Source: Malacoraja senta
Taxonomy: Eukaryota
Direction of reading: 5' to 3'
Length of the DNA stretch: 64,000 nt
NCBI GenBank assembly: GCA_038087875.1
Contig: CM075980.1
Span: 10,230,001 to 10,294,000, forward strand
The position numbers and the translations under genes are program-made. This document shows, one piece after another, positions 11,230 to 23,109 of this stretch. Each line of letters begins with the position of its first letter. Positions within the stretch are counted from its first letter, which is position 1. Under the pieces are notes generated by a model. That model was not told where the DNA came from. It did not search any database and worked only from the letters and a program-made list of their open reading frames with translations.

Positions 11230-11237
11230 ATGCAAAT
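11230..11237 (+). promoter_or_regulatory. Octamer ATGCAAAT in the J-C intron
   Basis: Exact Oct1/Oct2 site, conserved at 35441. Function is inferred only. Confidence 0.45.
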
Positions 11238-12147
11238 CTTCAATTTTCCATTTTGCTTCCCGTCCAATAATGATCGCGTACTTCCTAATGCGAATGGTGT
11301 CATTTCTCTCGGATTTTGAAATCGTCAATTAGATGAGGGTTGATGTAGAACTGAAGTTGCACGGAATAGGGTTCGTCCAATAAATTGCGGAAATATACGC
11401 AGTGATTGTCCAGATATGAAAGGATATTGCTTGGATAACGGGGGGTCAGCAACGTTCATATTCAACACTGTCAAAATTCCGGTTGACGGGTTTAAATGCG
11501 AAATGCGAAAGGCGAAAATTTCGCACATTTCCTTCAGAAATGTTGTTTAATACGTAGAGCAGCCTTTCATGGACACAGCAGTGCATTTCAAATATAAATG
11601 CATATTCGAACTACAATGTCATCCTTGATTGCGAACGACATCAGCGAATGTCGACCGTGGCTTTCGAAGACTAGTTTCTATATATTTTTGCCGAACTTAA
11701 TAGCGTCACCCTCCATCTCAAAGGGTGCGGGCACTTAAATAAGTTTAAATCTGTTATTATAAATTTCGAGACCGCGAATCGTTTATATCTGCTGATATAT
11801 TTAAATAAATGTAAAGCCGAAGATGTGTAGTAAAATGTCATTATGAAAGTTATAATAATGTATTCCGTTTTATAAAACAGTGCAGCCATGATCTATCACA
11901 GATGCTTTCCCGCAGTTTATGCATTGGGCAGAAACAGAAAATTAACTATTCTAGGTGCTTTCACGTACTTTATTTATTGTTTACCCAATTTAAAAAAACG
12001 CACTGTAATGGTTTGAAATAGGTCGAGAATAAAACGACTTATTTCTATAAATGAATAAATGAGTGCTTTAATGAGATGTATATTCGGCAAATAATGATAT
12101 CTCAACGACAGCAATTCTCCAATTAACTGTGACTTCTTATTAAACAG

Positions 12148-12470
12148 CTCCTCGTGCTCCGATCGTGACGGTCCTCCCGCCCTCAGCCGATGAAGTTACC
12201 TCAAAGGGCACCGCCACCCTGGTGTGCTTGGTGAACGGCTTTAACCCGGGCTCGGTGGCCGTTGAGTGGAGCGTTGACGGCAGTGCAAAAAGTAGCGGCG
12301 TTGAGACCAGCCCGATCCAGCAGGATAAGGACAACACGTTCAGTCTCAGCAGTTTCCTGACTCTGACAGCCTCAGACTGGAACTTACACAATCTTTACTC
12401 CTGTGTGGTTAAACATCAGAGTCAGTCAAACCCGCTGAAGACAAATATCATGAGATCTAGCTGTATCTGA
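12148..12470 (+). CDS. IGL: Ig light chain cluster 1, constant exon (lambda/type II-like)
   Basis: Acceptor ttaaacag|ct. C1-set domain APRAPIVTVLPPS..ATLVCLVNGF..W..YSCVVKH..RSSCI* with a penultimate Cys. Exons of 55+345+323 = 723 nt give 240 aa plus stop. Confidence 0.97.
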
Positions 12471-12650
12471 TGTTTGAAACGTGAGCTGACTCCCCAAAGT
12501 TAGCTAATCACCATTGGGTTCTTCCATGTGACAAAGTTCGTCTTTGTCTTTCGGAATTTTCATAAAGAAATGCCATTTATAGTTGAAACCTTGATTTTTT
12601 TATGACTTGTTCGCCTTAAATGTAGTTCTTTCGAACGAATATCGTTCATG

Positions 12651-12656
12651 AATAAA
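12651..12656 (+). terminator. Putative polyadenylation signal of IgL cluster 1
   Basis: AATAAA 180 nt after the stop codon, conserved at 36855. Confidence 0.65.
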
Positions 12657-13784
12657 GCATCAAGTCGATTCAATTGCTTTAACTAAAAGCATGTATGTTG
12701 CTATTTTACCCAAGGTATTCTTTGCAGACGTTGAGTAAAGTTTTAAAACTATTGTCAAATGCATTGCTGATTCTCCTTGATTTATTTGTGACCTCAAACA
12801 TGACGACTTAATATGGATTCTGTTGTCTTGTACATTTGAGCAAGAAACGCTGATTTATTTTCCCTCAATCTCGATCTCGAATTACAATAGTAGAACCGGA
12901 GTTGAGTTTGTGCCACTAGTCAAGTTATACAATGCGTTCTAAACCAATCATGACAAACGTGATCTCAACTCTAATGAGAATCCACAACATTGGCAGAAAA
13001 TGCTGTTAATTCTCAGCAGAGGAGGCGGCCTGAAGTGAGAAATTGATTTGACGTTTCAGGTTGTTCTTTTGGTCAATAATGTCCCTACCAACCCCACACC
13101 CTCAGGGTTTAAAGGCTTTGTTAATTATGTTTTCGTTAGTAAGGGGCACCGTTACATACTGTAAATAAAGGCAAGATATGTGCATACCTGGAAATTTACC
13201 AGAAACGACATTAATTCCCAACATATCAGCAAGATTCTGTAAAACTGATGGTTTGTTCTCACCTCCACTTTACACTATCCACACTATGCACCGCAACTCC
13301 ATCCTTTATCACCGAAGACATTGACATTAACCGGTGACGGGATTTGTATTCCAATTACGCTAAGCTGTCGTTATCATGCCATGTTCCATCACAATCACCG
13401 CTGTGGGTTGTATTTTTTTCCTGAGGAAGCAAACAGCAAAGATTGAATCTTTCTGGTCTTGGCATTTCCATCTGTTTCTCTAGTGTCCAACTATCCATCA
13501 ATATCAGACGATCAGATATGAATTGTTCCAATGACGGGACATTCAAAGCCACCCAACAAAGAGGATTCCAATAATTTACACCCTTCTCCGCTTTATCCAC
13601 TTTATCTCACCCCTACATAGCCAGATCCAGCGTGATATTGTGTCCACTGTAGATCCAACAGATCCAGGGATCTCTTGTCCATCCCCCTCACAATAAGCAT
13701 TTATTTTCCAATGAGTTCTCTCTTTCTTCGAAACTTTCTGAGAATATTCAGCAGCCCAATTGAAATACACTGCCCCGGTGCAGA

Positions 13785-14000
13785 TTAAAGAAATACGTAG
13801 TGTGTAGGAAGGAACTGCAGATGGCGGTTTAAACCGAAGATAGACATAAAAAAAGTTGGAGTAATTCATTCGGGTCAGACAGCATCTCCGGAGAAAAGGA
13901 ACGGCTGACGTGTCTGGTCGAGACGCTTCTTCAGAACCGAAACGTCACATACTGCTTTTCACCGGAGATGCTGTCTTACCAGCTTTTTATGTCTATCTTC
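13785..14000. repeat. Oppositely oriented PLE-tail/SINE-like repeats
   Basis: gaagatagacataaaaaa..tggagtaa (minus) followed by ccgaaacgtcac..gagatgctg (plus). Confidence 0.55.
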
Positions 14001-14710
14001 AAAGAAATACGTAGAGTTTTTATGAATGGTTCAATGGTGCGTTATTCTCATCTACCAGGGTACAGTGTAATTCATTTTTGTTTACAGTTCAGTACAAGTA
14101 TCAGTATACATAAGCACTTAAATACATCTTAGATAAAAATCTCAGATACAGTAAAAGGGTATCGTGGTGGTACATTGAGAGAGTATATAAAGTCGCCAGA
14201 TTTGGCTCCATTTTCAAATCCCAGTTGTTGTTAATGCAGGGTTCTTGACCATGCATTAACGTGTGGCATGAAGGTCCGCTACCCTGGCAGCGTTGCAGGT
14301 TCTTCATCGGCCCTCTTCACCGTCAGGGTTGTGCACTCCCTCCCGCAGCCAGTCTGCTTAACGGCCCTTCCTCCGACTCCTTCCTCTCTGGGCGGGCGAG
14401 GTGAGCCTACCGGGTGGGTTCCCGTCCGGTCCGCGTCACCGGTACTCGGCGCGAGATCGACTCTGAGATCACCTCTTGCACTTTTTGGGTTCTTCCTCAA
14501 TTTATTTTTGTTAACCACATGTTAACAAACCAATTAATCTGTCTCAATTGGTCTTCATGCACCGTCTATTTTAACTACCGTCTATTCAAACACAACTGGC
14601 GCAATATCACCCTTTACATTTGCGATATTACTGTCACTTATTACCAGTTTGCCCCATGGGCTTGATCTTCCGATGTAAAAAAACGCAATGTTCTCTTTAA
14701 AACTCCACGA

Positions 14711-17700
14711 GCTTAGGGGAGATTCATACTGATCCTCTTAGAATTAATGAAGCGTTTGCTAAATTCTACGCTGAACTATACGCTTCCGACTGTCCTCCCA
14801 CTGCAGGTGACATGCTCAGTAGTATGACGTTTCCCCGAATTGACGATGAAGCCACCGGAGACTTGGGTGGTCCCATAACTGTTGCTGAGGTCCAAGCAGC
14901 CATCACATCGCTGCAAAGCGGAAAGTCACCCGGCCCTGACGGCTTCACTGTAGAATATTACAAAGCTTTCTCTGCTCTACTCGCACCAGTCCTGAGAGAT
15001 ATGTACAACGAGACGTTTTTACATCGTCGCCTACCGCCCACCTTGTCGTGGGCTACTATCTCCCTAATTCTTAAAAAGGAGAAAGATCCCCTGCTTTGTA
15101 GTAGCTATAGACCAATTTCACTCCTGAATGTGGACCTCAAAATCCTCTCTAAAGCCCTTGCGCTCCGTCTTCAACGAGTGATGCCCTCTATTATCTCGTT
15201 AGATCAAACAGGGTTCATACCAGGCCGACAGTCTTCCCACAATACTAGGCGTCTCCTTAACATCATCCATTCACCGAGTAGTGAGACCCCGGAGATAGTG
15301 GTCTCCCTCGATGCCGAAAAAGCTTTCGACAGGGTCGAGTGGAAGTACCTATATGAGGCGATGGACAGGTTTGGCCTCGGTAACAGTTTTATTCTTTGGG
15401 TCAGTCTAATATACTCGTCCCCGGTGGCCTCAGTACAAACAAACGGCACACTGTCGCCCCACTTCCCCCTTCAGAGAGGTACCAGACAGGGTTGCCCGTT
15501 ATCACCACTCCTGTTTGCTGTCGCGATAGAACCCCTGGCGGTCTGGTTACGCTCAGAGAAGGGGTTTAAAGGTATTACACAGTTCGACACAACTCATAAA
15601 GTCTCATTGTATGCAGATGACCTGCTCCTGTACATCTCGAACCCAGTCAGTTCTCTCCCTGTGATTACGAATATTTTAGAACGGTTTGGTGCGTATTCTG
15701 GTTATAAACTTAACTACCAAAAGAGTGAGCTATTACCGATTAACTCATTGGCTAAGCAGCTCCCTCGCTCTTTAACCTCATTCAAATGGGCAGAGGACGG
15801 GTTTCGCTATCTCGGCGTTTTAATCACAACACCCTTATCTGACATGTTCCGCACAAACTTTCTGCCTCTGGTTGAGAAAGTCGAAAGAGATTTTGACCGC
15901 TGGTCAGTTTTACCGCTATCCCTCGTGGGCCGGATAAATCTGGTCAAGATGGTCGTCCTACCCAAATTCCTGTATATTTTCCAGCACGTCCCTATACTTA
16001 TCACTAAATCTTTTTTTGATCAATTAGAAAGGCCAATATCTAAATTTTTATGGGGTAGCAAACCGGCTAGAATCCGAAAGGCGATACTGCAGTCTCCTAA
16101 GAGTGACGGCGGTTTGGCACTTCCTGACTTTAGGCGATACTATTGGGCAGCTAACTTGCAAAAACTCCTGTATTGGATGAATGATGATTGCGACCACCTA
16201 CCGACCTGGGTATACATGGAAAAGGCGAGTTCACGTCTCCCGTTGCGGTCTGTCCTATGCTCCCAACTCCCCCTTTCTATAACATCTGTGGGTGCAGGCC
16301 CAATTGCGTCCCTCTCGCTCAAGATATGGAGTCCTCAGGAAAAAATTCGGTTTACAAGGCCCTTCCATCTTGACCCCACTGCTTAAAAATCACATCTTTA
16401 AACCTTCAAGTACAGACCACGCATTCAAAACCTGGCATAGCAACGGTATCAGTAGTATCAAAAACCTTTACAAGGATGGCATCTTTTCGTCCTTTGCGGT
16501 GCTCTCGTCCAACTACAGCCTCCCAAACTCCCACCTTTTTCGTTTTATGCAGATTAGGGATTTTGTGAAGAAGACATTCCCCATTTCCCAAATCGCCCCC
16601 CTGAAACCCTTACCGATACCATCTTAGCTCTAGATCCGAACCGGAAGAAATGCATCTCTATATTGTATAATTTGCTAGGGTCGGTTATATTGAAACTTCA
16701 TACCTCATTAAAAGCTGCGTGGGAGGGTGAGCTGAATACGAAACTAACAGACCAGCAATGGGACTCTGGCTTGGATTTGATCCATTCTTCCTCCATATGT
16801 GCCCGTCATGGCCTAATCCAATGCAAAGTCCTTCACAAAGTCCACTACACAAATGCAAGATTATCTAGAATTTACCCCGCTGTTAGGGACACCTGCAACA
16901 GATGTAATCAATCCCCTGCCAACCATAGCATATGTTTTGGTCTTGCCCTAAGCTAGCAGCCTTTTGGAGGAGTGCTTTCGACTTGATAAGCAGAGCCTAC
17001 GGCCAGACTATTCCTCCAAACCCAATGTCAGCCATTTTCGGTACCCCTCCCAACACCAACCTCTCTGTTGCGGTGAAACGGGTCCTAGCTTTTACAACCT
17101 TGTTAGCCCGGAGACTGATCTTGCTTAACTGGAGGCTCACCTGTCCCCCGACACACGTCCGTTGGATTAAGGAGGTGCTTTACAATTTAAAGCTTGAAAA
17201 ACTTAGCTTCTCTCTCAAAGGCTCTACCAAGACATTCCTAGATACATGGAACCCTTGCTTGGAACTTGTTAACTCTCTCAACCTGTCCCCGGACTCGGAA
17301 GAGGACTGAGTGCTCTCCACCATTGTTTTGCTCTACTGCAGCTGCTCTCCCCTTAACCCCCCGCCCTCCCCACACTTATTTATTTAATTACTTACTTATT
17401 TACTGTTATTAGTGACCCCAAATTCTTATTTATTTATTTATTTATTTATTTCTTTATTTAATTTTTTTAATTTATTACTTTTTTTAAGTACTTTTTGTTT
17501 CGCTCATCTTACCATATTTGTGTGGATGTGTACGTATGTGAGTGTTGTTTGTCCCCGTTTGGTTCCGACCTGATTCGGGTGGGTTGAAGGTGGGTAAGGG
17601 TAAGGGCTTTGAGGGTCGCTTACATACTGTTGCACAATTATGCCTTGACTGTCACTGTCTGTTATCATAGTATGTATGCAAATTGCTGTGAAATTCAAAT

Positions 17701-17715
17701 AAAAAGATTTAAATA
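14711..17715 (+). mobile_element. 5'-truncated L1/Tx1-clade LINE (family A): RT and C-terminal part of ORF2, frameshifted
   Basis: ORF 14812-16386 has PGPDGF, YRPISLLN, LDAEKAFDRV, RQGCPLSP and YADD. Cys-rich C-terminus, (TTTA)n in the 3' UTR and an A-rich tail. 12-bp TSD AAAACTCCACGA at 14699-14710 and 17716-17727, preceded by TTT (TT/AAAA endonuclease site). Confidence 0.95.
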
Positions 17716-18419
17716 AAAACTCCACGATTTGGTTATTTCCCATCAACCCCATTTTTACCCGATTAGTAAGAAGGTGGTCCCAGCATGATCCCCGTGGCGA
17801 TGAGCTCATTGAAATATATCTATATACGTCAATACTATTGCAAACGTATGTCGTCTATGCCACACGTTGACATCCTGTTCCAGAGCATATTTGCGCGTGG
17901 CGCTGTGAACAATGGTTTGTTAAAACTGAGCTTCTTAATTTCAAACAGAGCTCCCAAACTCGTAGAACAAGTGCACATCTGGCGCTTTGAACTTTGCCAG
18001 TTCTTCGGCGAACTTGGATATCTGTGTCATGCCAATTCCGCCTGAATATGTCTCCAGAGACACGAAAATGCCCTTAGTCCCCGCTCTGCACAATGGACAC
18101 AGACGTTGGTGCTCTTCGTCAAAGTTCATGAAACAGAATGCCTGTGTGCGTTTTCTTTCTTCTTCATCAATGCTACCGTGGCGCTAATGGACAATGTTAA
18201 ATCTGAAATTCCCGTATCACCGCAATCTGGAATCTTACATTTATTTCGTTCACAATTACATCCCATGATCACTGTATTTTGAACTCATATTTCTTCTTCA
18301 TCATCTTAGTTTAGTTTATTATATTGAGACTGTAAAAACATTTTTTGATGTCAACAAAAGGATTCTATATGATTATAATGTCCACATTGTACAGGTAGAG
18401 GATAAAGGTATACCATTCA

Positions 18420-19240
18420 GTGCATGATGAAGTCCTATTAACGATAATTCAATGGTCTCCTATGAGGCTAAACGAGAGGCCTGGACCGCACACCCGCTCG
18501 TGAGAGGACGGTTCGGTTGCCTGATAACAGCTGGAAAGGAACTTTCCGTGAATCTGGACGTATGCGTTTTCAAACTTCTGTACTTCTTGCTTGATGGGAG
18601 AGAGGGAATGACCAGAGTGAGACTACTTCTTGATTAAGATGGTGGCCCAGCAAGGCAGCGTGGTGCAGATGGAGTCCAAGGAAGGTAGGCTGTTTTGCGT
18701 GATGGCCTGGGCTATGTCCACAACTGTCTGCAATTGCTTGCGAGTTTCGATGGACCTGTTCCCAAACCACGGGTGTGATGCATGCCGATTAAAATGTTTT
18801 CTAGAGCGCAGCTGTGGTAATTGGCGAGGGCTGTTAAGTACACGCCAAACTTACTGAGTCTCCTTAGGAAATAAAGGCGTTGTGTGCATTCTTGGCCATT
18901 GTTTCGACATGGCTGGTCCAGGCGAGTTTGCTGGTGATATTCATTCGAACACCTCTAGTTCGCCGTCATCATGTGACTCCTTCTTGGTTCCATGAAGACA
19001 ACCAGAATCTCGTACGTCTTGCTGCCATTGAGAGACCAGTTGTTATTTTGGCACCAGGTTATGCGGGTTTCAATCTCCTTTCTGCGCTCCGTCTCCCCCT
19101 CCGCTGGATACACGTTTACAGTATAGCTTGTGTTAATTCTACTCTACCCATAGTGGTGCTCAGGTGTAGACGTGATCATACCACGATGTGCAGATTCCAC
19201 CAGCGGTTGTGCTTAATCGGTCCGCGTTTCGAACTTGTGC
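18420..19240 (-). mobile_element. Decayed Rex1/Babar-like LINE 3' part
   Basis: Same family as 23110-23790 (LRRL.KFG..L..Y.C..E.IL..CITPWFGN-type sequence on the minus strand). Confidence 0.55.
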
Positions 19241-19261
19241 CACCTTGTGTTCTTTACTGGT

Positions 19262-20736
19262 TCTTTAATAAAGGCCATTTTTAAACATTTTGGTTTCACC
19301 ATGTAGAAATGACAGCAGTGTTTATACATAGTCCCCCCCATTTCAGGACACCATAATGTTTGGGACACAGCAATGTCATGTAAATGAAAGTAGTCATGTT
19401 TAGTATTTTGTTGCATATCCTTTGCATGCAATGACTGCTTGAAGTCTGCGATTCATGGACATCACCAGTTGCTGGTTGTCTTCTCTGGTATTGTAGCCAT
19501 CTTTAGCTTATTTTGTTCTGGGGGCTAGTCCCCTTCAGTTTTTCTGCAGCAAATAAAAGGCATGCTCAATTGGGTTCAGATCGGGTGATTGTCTTGGCCA
19601 CTCAAGAATTGACCATTTTTTAGCTTTGAAAAACCAATTTGCTGCTTTAGCAGTATGTTTGGGATCCTTGTCTTGCTGTAGAATGAACTACCGGCCAATA
19701 AGTTTTGAGGAAGTTGTTTGAACTTGAGCTGATAGGATGTGTCTACACACTTCAGAATTCATTATGCGACTACCACCAGCAGTTGTATCAGCAATGAAGA
19801 TGAGTGAGCCTGTACCTTCAGCAGCCATACATGCCCAGGCCATAACACCCCCACCACCGTGTTTCACAGGTGAGATGCTATGCTTTGGATTTTGGGCAGT
19901 TCCTTCTCTACTCCTTATGCCATCACACTGATATAAGTTAATCTTCGTCTCATCTGTTCACAAGACCTTTTTCCAGAACTGTGGTTGCTCTTTTAAGTAC
20001 TTCTTGCAAACAGTAACCTGGCCATCCTATTTTGCGGCTAACCAGTGGTTTGCATCTTGCACTGTAGCCTTTGTATTTCTGTTCAGGAAGTCTTCTGTGG
20101 CAGTGGTCATTGAGAAATCCGCACCTGACTCATGAAGAGTGTTTCTGATCTGTCGGACATGTGTTTGTTTTTTTCCCTTTATTTTAGAGATAATTCTTCT
20201 GTCATCAGCTGTGGAGGTCTTCGTTGGCATTGTGATTAGTAAGCTCACCAGTGCTCTCTCTCTTAATGATGTTCCAAACAGTTGAGTTTGGTAAGCCTAA
20301 AGTGTGGCTGATGTCTCTAACAGTTTTATTCTTGTTTCTCGGTCTCATAATGGCTTCTTTAACTTTCTTTGGCACAAGTTTGGTGCTCATGTTGATAAAC
20401 AGCAGTAAAAGTTTCCAAAGGTGATGGAAAGAGTGGAGTAAAGACTAGGTGCTGATAGCTCTCTTATACCTGCATTAAGGAGGCCTTTAAACACACCTGA
20501 GCAATTACAAGCACCTGTGAAACAAAGCGTCCCAAACATTATGGTGCGCTGAAATGAGGGAGACTATGTATAAACACAACTGTAACTTCCACATGTATAC
20601 AAATGGCCTTTTTAGAAATCTGACAATGTGCACTTTAACCACATGTGATTTTTTATATTACAAATCTCAAATTGTGGAGTACAGAGGCAAATAAATAAAT
20701 GATGGGCCTTTGTCCCAAACATTATGGAGAGTACTG
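19262..20736 (-). mobile_element. Tc1/mariner DNA transposon, decayed transposase, IR/DR-type long TIRs, left end truncated
   Basis: Minus frames give HTH (TVRDISHTLGLPNSTVWNII), TSTADDRRII and the C-terminal SMNRRLQAVIACKGYATKY. The ccataatgtttgggac motif occurs at 19351 and inverted at 20529 and 20712. Right end ...actg followed by TA. Confidence 0.9.
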
Positions 20737-20759
20737 TATATGCTGAAGGTCCTTACGTG

Positions 20760-21160
20760 TTTAAGATAGACAAATATCCAGGGCCTGATCTGATACATCC
20801 AAGGACACTGTGATAAGCCACAGAGGAAATTGCTGGAGCCGCCGCAGAGTCTTTTGGTAAATACAGGCGAGGTGTCGGAAGATTGTAGGGAGGCAAATGG
20901 TGCGCCTCTATTCATGAAGGGCTGCAGGGGAAAGGCTGGAAGCTACATTCCAGCGATCCTAACATCTGTGGTAGGAAAGTTACTGGTGAGTATTCTGAGG
21001 GACAGGAGAGGTCAAGTTCACATTTATTGTCACAAGCACCAATAGACAATAGACAATAGACAATAGGTGCAGGAGCAGGTCATTCGGCCCATCGAGCCAG
21101 CACCGCCATTCAATGTGATCATGGCTGATCATCCCCAATCAGTACCCCATTCTTGCCTTC
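20760..21160 (+). mobile_element. CR1 fragments and (agacaat)n tail repeat
   Basis: AN..PLF.KG..YIP..LTSVVGKLL-type CR1 ORF2 sequence; (caataga)n at ~21040-21066. Confidence 0.6.
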
Positions 21161-21179
21161 TAACAGACAATAGACAATT

Positions 21180-21975
21180 AGGTCACAGTGATATTTGAGT
21201 TACCATACAGCCATACAAGTAAAAAGAGCACAATACACGATAGAGTTTAACATAAATATCCATCACAGTGGAATCGGCATTTCTCACTGAGATGGAAGGC
21301 GCTAAAGTTCAGTCAATCGTTCTCCTTTGTTCACCCGTGGTCGGGGCCTTGAACCCTCCGCAGTCGCCGCTACGGACGCCCGCTGTACACGCCCACTCGG
21401 CGGGATGATCGAAACACCGACGTCGGGAAATCAGAATACACTCTGCGGCTTGGAGTTCCCAAATTGGCCGCTTCTTACCGGGGACCGCTGCTTCACGATG
21501 TTAAAGACCATGGGCCAGCGGTCGGAGCACTTCTTCTGGCGATCCCCGGCAAGGGATCCCAGGCTCCGCGATGGTAAGTCCACGCCGCTTCCGTGGCGAG
21601 AATCTCCGAAGACCGCTGCAGTAAGCAGGCACCCGCGGTCGGAGCCCCCAAACTGGCGACCTTCAGCAAACGATCACAGGCTCCGCGATGATAAGTCCGC
21701 GCCGCGCAAACTGCTGAAGCTCTGGGCCAGTCTCCGGTCTGGAGAGGCTGCACCAAACCAGTTGTTAGGCCGAGGGGGGCGAAGATGCGACAAAGAGAAA
21801 AGTCGCATCTCCGTAGAGGTAAGTGACTGAAAACGGTTTCCCCCTCTTCGCGCCACGACCCCCCCCACATAAGACTTACCGAGAAACATTAAATCATACA
21901 TTTAGACGCACTAAAAATAACAACAAAAAGTCGAAAGGACAGACGGGCTGCTGGCGAGGCTGCCACTCACGGCGC
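21180..21975 (-). mobile_element. GC/CpG-rich interspersed repeat with internal direct repeats (aggctccgcgatg.taagtcc), probably a non-LTR 5' region
   Basis: Internal repeat at ~21561 and ~21678; no recognisable protein. Family not identified. Confidence 0.4.
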
Positions 21976-21989
21976 CACCCGATGATGCA

Positions 21990-22710
21990 TACATGTATTT
22001 GGATGGTCAATGACTGATTTGGGATAGTCAACATGGGAGGTCGGAGTGGTCGTGTCTCACGAATCTGATTCAGATTTTGAAGATGTGACCAAAAAGGTCC
22101 ATGAAGGCAGATCGGTAGAATTGTATACATGAATTTTAGTAAGGCATTTGATAAGGTTCGGCATGGAAGGCTGCTCTGGAACGTTAGATCCCGTGGGTTT
22201 CAAGGAGAGATAACGGAATTGATAGAAAATTGGCTTCAAGGTAGGAAGCAGAGGGTGATGGTGGAATATTCGTTTTCCGGCTGGAGGCCTCTGACAAGTG
22301 GTGTGCCTCGGGTTCGGCGCTGAGCCCAATGCTGTTTGTAATCTCTGACAATGATTTGGATGAGAAGGTACATGGCAAAATCAGCAAGTTTGCAGGTGAC
22401 ACAAAGGTGGTTGTATTGTAGATTGTAAAGATGTTTCTCAAAAATTGCAGCAGGATCTTGATCTTGTTCGGTTGCCTACTTTGGCCTTCATCAGTCAGAG
22501 TATTGAGTATAGAGGTTGGGATGTCATGTTGCAGTTGCATAAGACATTGGTGTGGCTGCAGTTAGAATATTATGTTCATTTTTTGGCACCTTGTTACAAG
22601 AAAATTGTTGTCAAGCTGGAAAGGGTGCAGAGACGATTTATGAAGATGGGGACTCGAGGTCCCAAGCTATCGGGACAGGTTGAGCAGGCTAGGATTCAAT
22701 TCCGTAGAGA
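21990..22710 (+). mobile_element. CR1 RT fragment
   Basis: MNFSKAFDKVRHGRLL, LTSGVP, KFAGDTK and LEYYV.F.AP motifs. Confidence 0.8.
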
Positions 22711-23109
22711 GCAGGAGGCATTACCCCGGTTCACCCTTATACTGGTCTTTGCCCTTCGCTTCCGACGTCTCCTGTTCCCTCCCGGTTACGCCGTCTGCTA
22801 AGCCTTCGGTCGGTTTCTCGATGCCCGTCGAACATCGAGCCTTCGGGCGAGGTCCCACCGACCGCGAGATTTCGGGCGGACGCCGACGAGCCTCTGGGTC
22901 GGTGCTCGAACCCACCGCAGACCTCGGCGGGCGAGCCGGGTTTACCGGTCGGATACTCCGATGTCGGTCCACGGCCGGCGAGACGGCCCTGCTTGCCGCT
23001 GCTTGCCGGGAGCGTTCCGGCCTGCTTCACTCAAGACGGCCACAGTGTTCCGATACAGGATTAAGAATATGTAAATTAGTGCAAGATAAAGTGTGCTAGG
23101 GTCCGATTA

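Larger units (their letters stand above)
1..21480 (+). repeat. Tandem segmental-duplication unit A (starts upstream of the window)
   Basis: Position 1 (cgatggcacctgaagcc) recurs at 24275. Paired ORFs recur throughout at offsets of ~24.2-24.3 kb (192/24466, 10263/34476, 14812/39012, 20205/44485). Confidence 0.9.

Noticed and set aside
14258-17868. 12-bp inverted match AACGTGTGGCAT (14258) / ATGCCACACGTT (17857) as possible TIRs
   Set aside because: The match does not extend, no TSD is evident, and the right copy lies inside the ORF-like segment. Chance is plausible.
18040-18190. Minus-strand HGSIDEEERKR...RAGTKGI resembling SNF2 helicase C-terminal motifs
   Set aside because: Weak resemblance with wrong spacing and flanking stops. 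It cannot be supported without a profile search.
21040-21066. Short tandem repeats ((caataga)n, (ctatgact)n, (ttta)n) as CRISPR-like or regulatory arrays
   Set aside because: No spacers; they are ordinary LINE tail or UTR microsatellites in a vertebrate genome.
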